Source: a virus. Taken from it: a stretch of 64,000 nucleotides of DNA. The stretch spans positions 64,001 to 128,000 of the IMG/VR virus record IMGVR_UViG_3300027806_000001; one strand, 5' to 3'. Each line of letters begins with the position of its first letter. The first letter of the stretch is position 1. Below the pieces are notes generated by a model that did not search any database, was not told where the DNA came from, and worked only from the letters and a program-made list of their open reading frames with translations. Below, piece by piece: positions 53,800 to 61,642 of this stretch. The position numbers and the translations under genes are program-made.

Positions 53800-54307
53800 C
53801 TAGCTCCCCTGGACCCGGACATGCAGCCGGCCAGGATCACTCTACGCGACATGCCACGCGCTTTCCATGGCATGAAGGGGGTCGAGGGGAGAATCCAGCC
53901 TTACCCCCTCTCTGTAGGCCCACCCCGAGGGGGCCTGAGCTGCGCCATGGTAGCTGGGCGTACCATGCGCTGAGGCTGCTCAGCCTGCGCTTGCTCCGCA
54001 ATGAAGGACGGCCGGCGCTTTGCCAACCCTGCCGTCCGCTGGCGCCGGTTTGCACCTGGAGAGTCCCAGGTGCGCTCCCCGGCCGGGGAGCCCGGCATCC
54101 AGCCGCGAGAAGAGCAGGGCGGCCCGGGTGGAGCCGCCCTGCCCGATTGCAGGACTCCCAGGCGACATTCGCCTGGGTGCCATATTAGCTCGCCTGGTCA
54201 TTTGCCAGGCTGGTTTCACGCGGTCGCCGCCCTGCCAGCGCCGCAACCGGAGTCCCTGGGGTGCAGGGGCTCGCGGGTTATCCGTGCGTCCGAATGATCG
54301 GAGCTAG
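53800..54307 (-). ncRNA. Large structured non-coding RNA candidate (~510 nt)
   Basis: Terminal stem CTAGCTCC/GGAGCTAG, second long-range helix GATCATTC/GAGTGATC, about a dozen hairpins, own promoter and terminator, no credible ORF. Confidence 0.72.
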
Positions 54308-54309
54308 TA

Positions 54310-54338
54310 ATACTACCCCGAATGACGTCCTTGTTTAG
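54310..54338 (-). promoter_or_regulatory. CTAAAC-N17-TAGTAT promoter of ncRNA
   Basis: Predicted +1 falls in the 5' strand of the closing stem. Confidence 0.72.
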
Positions 54339-54341
54339 CCG

Positions 54342-54554
54342 TCAGGAAAGGTCGTCCAGGATGTCGTCGGGGTCGTCCTGGACGGGCGGCAGGGGCTCCG
54401 GCCTGCGGCTGCGGCGCCCGGAGTGCTGGCCCTTGGGCCTTTCCATGGCCGAGGACCAGGCGCGCTGCGCCCGCTCGTACTCGTCCGGCCCGATGTAGGC
54501 CGAACTGACGATGTCCACGTAGGAGAATCCCGCTTCCTTCCGGCGCCTGCCCAT
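54342..54554 (-). CDS. Small hypothetical protein
   Basis: RBS ggagg; downstream of promoter 54607-54635. Confidence 0.5.
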   Translation of the reverse strand: MGRRRKEAGFSYVDIVSSAYIGPDEYERAQRAWSSAMERPKGQHSGRRSRRPEPLPPVQDDPDDILDDLS

Positions 54555-54606
54555 GGTCCCTGCCTCCGAGCTTCGGTTGAAGGCTCTGATGAACCTTGAT
54601 TACTTC

Positions 54607-54635
54607 ATTGTAACCGGGTATCCGTCCTTGTTTAG
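54607..54635 (-). promoter_or_regulatory. CTAAAC-N17-TACAAT promoter
   Basis: 17-nt spacer. Confidence 0.7.
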
Positions 54636-55384
54636 CCGCGCTTCGAGCGGCCCTTGCGGCGCCTCGAGGCCTTGCGGACGGAGTGCTTGACGCCGTCCAC
54701 CGCGGCGAACGACTTTCGAATGGCAGCCAGGTCCATGGTCTCGATGTACGGCTCCCCGTCGATGACCACTCCGCAGGCCACGATGGGCTTCTTGAGGTAC
54801 GCCGAGCCGTACTGCATGAACAGATGGTTGCGGTCCACGCCGCAGCCGACGTTCATGCCCCAGACCTTGGCCGTGGGACCTGCCTGGTAGGCGATGCCGC
54901 AGGCGCTGTGGTAGTGCCCGATGACCGTGGGCTGCATGCGCATCTTGGCGGCGTTGAACGCGGGGTGCTGCCCTCCGCAGCCCTCGCCGTGGTAGTAGTA
55001 GACGCCGTCGATCTCGACGTAGTCCTTCCACTTCCAGCTGTCCGTGCCGTACAGCTCGTTGAAGCCCTTGAGGTACAGCGATGGGATGCCGGCCTTGGCG
55101 TTCAGGCGCATGACCCGGCGGTCGTGGTTGCCGATGGTGATCTCCAGGTCGGGGAAGGCCTGGTGCAGGGCCTGCACCTGGGCGCAGGCGTTGCGGTACT
55201 CGTCGACTGCGCCCATGCTGTCGGGGTGCTTCTCGTGGAAGCTGATGCAGTGGTGGTCGACCACGTCCCCGATGTGCACGTTGCGGTCGGTGCGGTACTT
55301 GGACTGGACCCGGGCCAGCTGCCTGATGTAGTGCCTGTGCATGGCCGGCGCGTGGGTATCCCCTAGCACTAGTACTCTGGACAA
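54632..55384 (-). CDS. Phage metallophosphoesterase
   Basis: GDTH, GDVVD, GNHD, YHGE, GHYH. Confidence 0.88.
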   Translation of the reverse strand: MSRVLVLGDTHAPAMHRHYIRQLARVQSKYRTDRNVHIGDVVDHHCISFHEKHPDSMGAVDEYRNACAQVQALHQAFPDLEITIGNHDRRVMRLNAKAGIPSLYLKGFNELYGTDSWKWKDYVEIDGVYYYHGEGCGGQHPAFNAAKMRMQPTVIGHYHSACGIAYQAGPTAKVWGMNVGCGVDRNHLFMQYGSAYLKKPIVACGVVIDGEPYIETMDLAAIRKSFAAVDGVKHSVRKASRRRKGRSKRG

Positions 55385-55640
55385 GTTGCCTCCTGCGCAA
55401 AGCGCAGGTGAAGCCTAGTGCCTTGCCGCGGGATGTCAAGCCCGAAAGCGCGACAGCTAAGAAAAGGGGCGGGCTCGTCGCATTTCACGACGATCCAGGT
55501 CCGTGAGCCCCGACGAGGGGCCGGATGTGGCGCAAGGAGGATACGCCCTGCACCCGCCCCTGCCCCTAGGGGATCGTGCCGCGGCGCCCCCCGGGCCAGG
55601 CGGAAACGTTCCGCCTGGCCCGGGGTGTCACGAAAGGATG

Positions 55641-55877
55641 CTACTGCACCTCGAGGATGCCGATCCGGGACGCCCCGGACTCACCCTCGAGTACTGCGCT
55701 GTCCCACACGTCCAGGGCCTTGGAGGCCTGGGCCGGCACCTGGGTGCCGACGATGTGGGGGTTGGACAGCCGCCCACGGGCGGCCGCCAGCAGGCCGGCG
55801 ACGTCGCCGGCCTGCAGCTCCAGGGACTGGCCGGTGCGGTTGCCGGCCGGGTCGGTCAGATGGAGGACGCCCTTCAT
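55641..55877 (-). CDS. Small hypothetical protein
   Basis: Start MKGVLHL overlaps upstream stop. Confidence 0.5.
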   Translation of the reverse strand: MKGVLHLTDPAGNRTGQSLELQAGDVAGLLAAARGRLSNPHIVGTQVPAQASKALDVWDSAVLEGESGASRIGILEVQ

Positions 55878-56509
55878 GAGACCTCCTCCTCTTCCATGGC
55901 CAGGTCGTGCTGGCCTGCGGACGTCTTCGCGGGGGCCTTCGCCCCCCGAGGCTCCCCCGCGGAGGACTTCTCCTCCTGAGGGATGTAGAGGCGCCCTTCG
56001 GAATCCCGGCGCATAGCCTGGACCACCTGAAACACGTTGTTCAGCCTCTGGCGCTGAGCATCTCGGTCGGCCAGCTCGCCGAGCCGACGGTCCTGGGCGT
56101 CGGCCGCGGCCTGCCGCTGGGCCGGCGTGTTGAGCTGCTCCTTGCGGCCGGCCGGGGTCAGGCACGCGGCGATGAGCCACACGCCTCCCAGCACCGCCGC
56201 GACCGTCATGGCGACGGCCGTGAGGCTCATGCTCGTGATCGAGCTGTTGAAGCTCGATGCGACGGCCTGAGCCCCGGCGGACTCAGCGACGAGGACCGCT
56301 GTCTCGGCGGCCTCGGTGGCGCCCCAGGTGCTGGGCGACCACCAGGACTCCTCGATCTTCGGCATCTCGACCTTGGGCATCGCCGGCTTCGTGTCGGCGA
56401 ACATCGCGAGCGCGATCCACATCGGGATCGCGACGGCTGCGGCCATCGGGATGACCACCAGAAGCGCCCATCCGAGCCCTGACTTTCCGCTGTCCTTGAA
56501 GTTTGCCAT
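55874..56509 (-). CDS. Membrane protein (2 TM)
   Basis: Start MANFKD after RBS aaggaaga. Confidence 0.55.
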   Translation of the reverse strand: MANFKDSGKSGLGWALLVVIPMAAAVAIPMWIALAMFADTKPAMPKVEMPKIEESWWSPSTWGATEAAETAVLVAESAGAQAVASSFNSSITSMSLTAVAMTVAAVLGGVWLIAACLTPAGRKEQLNTPAQRQAAADAQDRRLGELADRDAQRQRLNNVFQVVQAMRRDSEGRLYIPQEEKSSAGEPRGAKAPAKTSAGQHDLAMEEEEVS

Positions 56510-56586
56510 TTGTCTTTTTCTTCCTTTCTTGAAGGCACCCGGGTCCGGCAACGCGCCTTTCCCGGGTGCTATTGACGTGGCATGTA

Positions 56587-56615
56587 ATACTCACACGCAA
56601 ACGCCCGTTGTTTAG
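56587..56615 (-). promoter_or_regulatory. CTAAAC-N17-GAGTAT promoter
   Basis: 17-nt spacer, CGTGT. Confidence 0.7.
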
Positions 56616-56630
56616 CCCGCCCCTTGAGGG

Positions 56631-56667
56631 CTAAAAGAAACCCCCGGCGCCACATGGCGCCGGGGGA
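56631..56667 (-). terminator. Intrinsic terminator
   Basis: CCCCCGGCGCC-ATGT-GGCGCCGGGGG-TTTCTTTTAGC. Confidence 0.8.
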
Positions 56668-56687
56668 TCTCGGTGGGGGAACTCAGC

Positions 56688-57323
56688 TCAGCTGTTCCAC
56701 CACCACTTGATCCGGGCGATGATGCCCGGATTCGACATGCTCTCAATCTCGCGCTCGTCCTCCAGACGAGCGCGGATGACCTCCTCGGTCATCTGGATAT
56801 CGCCGCTGATCGCGGCGAGCACCTGCGCCTCGGCGTATGCCGGGACGTGCAACTGATCCTGGCCGAGGGTGTTCTTGATGAACACCTCTCCTCGGACCTC
56901 GGCCGCCTGCAGGCGTCCAGCCTGCAGGTGATCCGGGGAGGACACAGCCTTCGCCGTGTCCTGGACGATGACCGTGCCCGCCAGGGCACGGTCGGTGATC
57001 ACTTCGCCCCGGTAGACCGGGACAAGGTGATTAAGGGTCTGCCCCGCGGTCGGGGCAGTCTCGAGGGACTTGAGGAGGTCGATGACCTCATTCGCCTTCG
57101 ACTCAGCCGCGGCCTTCTTGGCCGCCGCCACCGCCGCGGCCTTCTTGGCCTTGGCGGTCTCCGCGGCCGTAGCCGCGGGAGTGGCGGCCGGAGCCGCCGG
57201 GGTGGTGGCGGCCGGAGCCGCCGCGGGAGTGGCGGCCGGAGCCGCCGGGGTCGTCGCCGTCGCGGCGCTCCCCATGGCCAGGAAGGCGAGCGCGGCGACG
57301 ACGGTACGGATGAGAGTCTTCAT
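56688..57323 (-). CDS. Secreted protein with Ala/Pro/Thr-rich linker
   Basis: Signal peptide MKTLIRTVVAALAFLAMGSA; (ATPAAAPA) repeats. Confidence 0.65.
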   Translation of the reverse strand: MKTLIRTVVAALAFLAMGSAATATTPAAPAATPAAAPAATTPAAPAATPAATAAETAKAKKAAAVAAAKKAAAESKANEVIDLLKSLETAPTAGQTLNHLVPVYRGEVITDRALAGTVIVQDTAKAVSSPDHLQAGRLQAAEVRGEVFIKNTLGQDQLHVPAYAEAQVLAAISGDIQMTEEVIRARLEDEREIESMSNPGIIARIKWWWNS

Positions 57324-57487
57324 TGTGTTCCTTTCGTGAACAGGGTGCCCCCGAGGTCTAGGCAGCCGGCACCCCGGCTGCCAGGAATAGACCTGCAGGC
57401 AACGTGCCAACAGGTATTCCCGACCTATGTATGGATACCACGGAAAGGCACCCTGTTTAGGGTGGAACCGGTGCGGACCCACATAGA

Positions 57488-57516
57488 ATAATAACACAAA
57501 AAGGGCCCTTATTTAG
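57488..57516 (-). promoter_or_regulatory. CTAAAT-N17-TATTAT promoter
   Basis: 17-nt spacer, TGTGT. Confidence 0.7.
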
Positions 57517-57753
57517 CCCCCTCCGGGACCCCCTCCAAGGGCTAAAAAAGAGGGTTGGCGCCTGCAGCGCCTGCCTATCCCTCTTAGCCATCATCCGGCC
57601 AGGCTCACCCATTTGGTTACCCGGTGGTATTCCGGGCCCGGCTCATGGTGCCGGGGCTGTCATTGTAAGTCCCTGTTTGTTGGATCCCAGTTGGGCCTCT
57701 GGGCAGGAGCAACTGGTAATTGCTCCTATGTATGGATAACGCAAAACAGGCCC

Positions 57754-58437
57754 CTATTTAGCCTCCTCCGGGCTGGTCCGGTTCCTGTGCAGGGGCAGGG
57801 GCCAGGGGCACGGAGGCACGTCCTTGCGGACCAGGAACTCCCGGCGGATGGTCCTCCAGTTCAGGCTCCCGGAGTGCTGGTCGCCTTTCGGGGTCCGGGC
57901 CCTGGAGTACCTGCGGTCCTTGGGCCTGGGGCAGCAGGCGTGGTAGGCGCCCAGGTCGAAGTCCTGCGGCAGCTCCACGGCCACGAGCAGCCCTGCCATG
58001 GGGATGGACCTGGACGACAAGAAGATTCCGGTCGGCATCGGCAGCGGAGCCTGGCGGTCCGAGGCCTTGAAGCACAGATCGTAGGCGGGCAGGTTAGGCG
58101 TCCAGTGCATGGGCAGGCACCGCTTCATGACCGCGTGGACGGCGGCCTTCTTCCGGGCGATGATCTCCTCCTCGCGCTTGAGCCCGCGGCGCCGCCTTCG
58201 CCCGGAAGACGTCACCCAGGGCTGCCATTTCTGCAAGGCCCCCGTCCACTGCCCCAGGTCCGCCCACACGGTGTCCCCGTCGTAGTGCAGCAGCGGGTAA
58301 CCGTGCAGCATCAGCACGGAGCCCCTGTCGCCCACCTCCACGTACATGTTCAGGTTGCGGCTGTCGGCGTAGTCGACCGGGCGCATCCAGCAGAAGCCGC
58401 GGCCCAGGTTCGTGATCTTCTCGTCTAGATCGGTCAC
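57754..58437 (-). CDS. Hypothetical protein
   Basis: GTG start after RBS aaggagg. Confidence 0.55.
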   Translation of the reverse strand: MTDLDEKITNLGRGFCWMRPVDYADSRNLNMYVEVGDRGSVLMLHGYPLLHYDGDTVWADLGQWTGALQKWQPWVTSSGRRRRRGLKREEEIIARKKAAVHAVMKRCLPMHWTPNLPAYDLCFKASDRQAPLPMPTGIFLSSRSIPMAGLLVAVELPQDFDLGAYHACCPRPKDRRYSRARTPKGDQHSGSLNWRTIRREFLVRKDVPPCPWPLPLHRNRTSPEEAK

Positions 58438-58528
58438 TCCGATCCTCCTTGAGGTTGGTTCATGCTACAGCAAGGCCCGGGGTTTTACCCCCGGGCCTTG
58501 CCGAGAAAGGGAAGAGTCCTTGTCGCGG

Positions 58529-60421
58529 TCACTGCGGAGGCGGCACCGGCTGCCTCAGCTGGTCGCGGCCCTGGCCTTCGGCCTGGGCTGTGGCCTGGTC
58601 GAGCATGCTCTTGACGACGGCGTGCATGTTCGGATCCTGGCTCTTGATCTGGTCGAGTATCTGCCTGCGCTGCGGGCTGCCCAGCGGCGCCGTGGCCATG
58701 ATCTCCTGGACCCGGGCGTTGGCGTCCGCGAAGAAGCTGTCGATGTCCCTGGACGGTCCCGCCGCGGTGGGGCCCGCGACGCCGTTCTGAGGCATGGACT
58801 GGGGCGCCGCGGCCGGAGGAGCCCCAGGGCCGCCCATCATGAGGTTCGGCCCGCCGGGCACGCCCTCGCCCGCCATGGCCTGGCCGGGGGCGGCTATGAA
58901 GGCTCCCGGAGGAGCGCCGAGCACCTGCTCGTTCTCCTGGGCCTTCTGCATGCGGTCCATGTAGGCCTTCTCCGCCTTCATCTTGAACTCCTGCTCGGCC
59001 TGGCGCTTCTTGTAGGTGTCCTTCCAGTCCAGGTTGAACAGGTTGAGGACGTCCTGCTCCGCGGCCACGCCCTGCATCATCATCTGGAGCATGATCATGC
59101 GGCGCTCCATGTCGTCGGCGTGCGTCGGGCGGACCAGCCGGGCCTCGCAAGGCAGCCAGCTGAGGATGGCCGAGACGCGGTCGACGATCCAGGAGAGGAC
59201 GTCCTGGATGCCGTGCAGGAAGATGGACTCGCCGGCCTCGAACAGGCGGGCGGCGAAGGGCGCCGTCTGGGCGCTGAGGTTCTTGCGGTAGAGCTCCACC
59301 GGAATGCCGAGGCCGTTCAGGAAGTCCGCCTGGGCGTTCTGGAGCAGCTCGGGGGTGACGAAGTTCTTGCCCTCGCCGCCGAGCAGCTGGTAGTTGACCG
59401 GGGTGGGCAGCCACTGCCAGCCGGTGGGGTCCTTGCGGGCGCGCTCGATCGAGCGGGTCACCTGCTGGCCGAAGCTGCCGATGTTGACGCCCTTCATGAC
59501 GTCGCCGCCCGCACCGACGGACTGGGGGCTGATGAGCCTGATGGGCAGCATGTGGTCGAGGGCGATGCACTCGTTGTTGCGCTTCAGGATCTGCGCCAGG
59601 TAGGCGTCGCGGAAGCCTGCGATGACCGGGGGCAGGCCCCAGGGGCCCAGCTTGATGTCGCTGAGGTTGCCCAGGCTGGTGTGGTGGACCATGCCGGGGC
59701 TGAACTTGAACATCCTGCCCTGGCGGACCGACTGCACGATGCCCCACGGCACCGACTCCAGGTAGGCGCGGTCGGACTTGGAGATGGAGCCGATCTCGGC
59801 CGTGGGTACCTCGTAGTAGTACTCGGGCTGGCCGCCGTAGTCGTGGGCCACGATGCGCATCTGCTTGACGTGCCACCGCTTGAGGTGGACGCGGTTCTCC
59901 TCCCTGGTGGGCATGTCGCTGGGATCCAGGACCTTGACCTCCTGGCCGCACTGGCAGCGGAACCTGAAGCCGTGCTTGAGCTCGAACCTGTAGTCGACCT
60001 GCTCGATAGGGGCCGCAAAGCCGCACTCGGGGCACTGCAGCATGCGCTTGAACGGCGCCAGGACGGAGATGAAGCTGTTGCCGTAGACCTTGACGTCCCT
60101 GCCGATGGAGAACAGGGCCGACTTGAGGGACATCTTCTCGAGCAGGAATTTCTTGTATTCCTGCTGCTTGTCCTCGTCGAGGGAGTCGTTGGCACCGCCG
60201 ATCTCGATGTCGGTGCCGACGAAGTAGGACACGACGTACTCGATGGCCTGGGCGAAGGTCCGGTTGCTGTAGTACATCAGCTCGGCGATCTCGAACGCCT
60301 CGTTGAGGTTGGTCGGCAGGTAGAGGGACGCGTAGTCCAGGAACGGGCTCGGAGCATGCTCGGAGTGCTCCAGCATGCGCTTGCCGCCGCCTCCGGAAGG
60401 GTTCATGGATCCCATCGTCAT
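58529..60421 (-). CDS. Probable portal protein with Zn-ribbon insert
   Basis: PSPFLD, IG.D..VYGNSF, WGLPP...FRD..L..IL....E.IA...LPIRLI; CPEC...CQC insert; low-complexity C-terminal tail. Confidence 0.62.
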   Translation of the reverse strand: MTMGSMNPSGGGGKRMLEHSEHAPSPFLDYASLYLPTNLNEAFEIAELMYYSNRTFAQAIEYVVSYFVGTDIEIGGANDSLDEDKQQEYKKFLLEKMSLKSALFSIGRDVKVYGNSFISVLAPFKRMLQCPECGFAAPIEQVDYRFELKHGFRFRCQCGQEVKVLDPSDMPTREENRVHLKRWHVKQMRIVAHDYGGQPEYYYEVPTAEIGSISKSDRAYLESVPWGIVQSVRQGRMFKFSPGMVHHTSLGNLSDIKLGPWGLPPVIAGFRDAYLAQILKRNNECIALDHMLPIRLISPQSVGAGGDVMKGVNIGSFGQQVTRSIERARKDPTGWQWLPTPVNYQLLGGEGKNFVTPELLQNAQADFLNGLGIPVELYRKNLSAQTAPFAARLFEAGESIFLHGIQDVLSWIVDRVSAILSWLPCEARLVRPTHADDMERRMIMLQMMMQGVAAEQDVLNLFNLDWKDTYKKRQAEQEFKMKAEKAYMDRMQKAQENEQVLGAPPGAFIAAPGQAMAGEGVPGGPNLMMGGPGAPPAAAPQSMPQNGVAGPTAAGPSRDIDSFFADANARVQEIMATAPLGSPQRRQILDQIKSQDPNMHAVVKSMLDQATAQAEGQGRDQLRQPVPPPQ

Positions 60422-60425
60422 CGAA

Positions 60426-60752
60426 TCAGCCCTCGCGGCGCACCCTGGCAAGCAGGTTGGCGCCGAATCCGTTGTTGCCCAGGACCGCCCAGTCGTAGGC
60501 GGTCAGGCCGTCGTGATCCTCTGCCGCGGGATCGAGGTCCCTGGAGGCGATCACATGGAAGGAGATCAGGTAGGTCAGGATGGCGGGGTCGCCGTGGTAG
60601 GCCGCGTGCATGAGCAGGGTGCGACCCTGCTTGTCCCTCAGCGAGAGCAGGCGGGGGAACCTGTTCAGCAGCATGTTGGCGCCGACCAGATCTCCGTCCA
60701 CGAGCGTGCGGACCATCGCCGGGATGGCCTCCTGGATGTTCTTGATGGTCAT
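60426..60752 (-). CDS. Ankyrin-repeat protein (2 repeats)
   Basis: DKQGRTLLMHAAYHGD.AILTYLI; DHDGLTAYDWAV.GN. Confidence 0.85.
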   Translation of the reverse strand: MTIKNIQEAIPAMVRTLVDGDLVGANMLLNRFPRLLSLRDKQGRTLLMHAAYHGDPAILTYLISFHVIASRDLDPAAEDHDGLTAYDWAVLGNNGFGANLLARVRREG

Positions 60753-60937
60753 CGCGCCTCCTGGTCCAGGGCCGCCCTGCGGCAGCCGCACCGGCCGCAG
60801 CAGCCGGCCTTGGGAGGCGGGACCTCCGCAGCGGCCTTGACGGCCTGGTCGGAGTCGGTGACGACTGGCGTCTCCTCGGTCTCCCCCTGCACGACTCCCT
60901 GCTTGATGAAAGGCTCGTTGTTCATGTTTATAATCAA
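60749..60937 (-). CDS. Small protein with Cys-rich C-terminus
   Basis: GCCGRCGCRR; coupled to ankyrin gene. Confidence 0.45.
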   Translation of the reverse strand: MIINMNNEPFIKQGVVQGETEETPVVTDSDQAVKAAAEVPPPKAGCCGRCGCRRAALDQEAR

Positions 60938-60985
60938 CTTTCGTGGAATTTTTGGCGAAGAGGCCGTTTTTCAGGTCAGAATTTT

Positions 60986-61642
60986 TTACGGGCTAAGTTC
61001 TTTTATCACCCGAAGAACAAGCAGGTATCTTGCCTCGGACCTGTCGAACAGCTCCACGTTGAGCATCTCGCATCGTAGCCGTCGTCCGTGCACCAGGCAA
61101 TCGAATTCCGGCACCGACATTCTACCATCTTCCTCCAGCACCGATACGGGGGGCAGCCAGCCCGGACGGCCCGTGGAGAGGTCCAGCTCCAGCTCCAGCA
61201 TCAGCCAGCCCTGGCCGCCGCGGGACGTGCCCTCGGACTGGAAGACCGCCCTGACGCACGGGATGGACAGCTTGGCTCCGTGCCAGTCGATCTGCACCGT
61301 CACGGATGCAGTCCTCGGCTCCACCCGTGCAGGCCGGGCGACCGGAGCCGCCTGGACCTCGGCATCCTCCTCCGCTTCCTCCTGCCCGGACTCCGGATGG
61401 GCTTCCTGCGGCACGGCCGCCGGAGGGGGCAGGACGCCCCCTCCGACGAGCACAGGCCTGAACCCCAGCGGAGCGCGGAAGTTCCTGAACTGGGAGTCCG
61501 GGGGAACCGCGGTGCCGCGCACCTGCGACCATCCGTCGGAGTTGTCGGTGACCTTCACCGGCTGCTTGCCGGAGGAGGCCCGCATCGCGGGCTTCATTCC
61601 AAGTGGTGCTTCCGGCTTAGGTCTCTTCATGGCAGGTATCAC
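60986..61642 (-). CDS. Hypothetical protein
   Basis: Low-complexity N-half, globular C-half. Confidence 0.55.
   Translation of the reverse strand: MIPAMKRPKPEAPLGMKPAMRASSGKQPVKVTDNSDGWSQVRGTAVPPDSQFRNFRAPLGFRPVLVGGGVLPPPAAVPQEAHPESGQEEAEEDAEVQAAPVARPARVEPRTASVTVQIDWHGAKLSIPCVRAVFQSEGTSRGGQGWLMLELELDLSTGRPGWLPPVSVLEEDGRMSVPEFDCLVHGRRLRCEMLNVELFDRSEARYLLVLRVIKELSP

Noticed and set aside
53800-54307. RNase P, tmRNA, SRP or group II intron identity for the ncRNA
   Set aside because: Diagnostic motifs not found on either strand by eye
57170-57260. Ala/Pro/Thr coding repeats
   Set aside because: Typical flexible linker in a secreted protein
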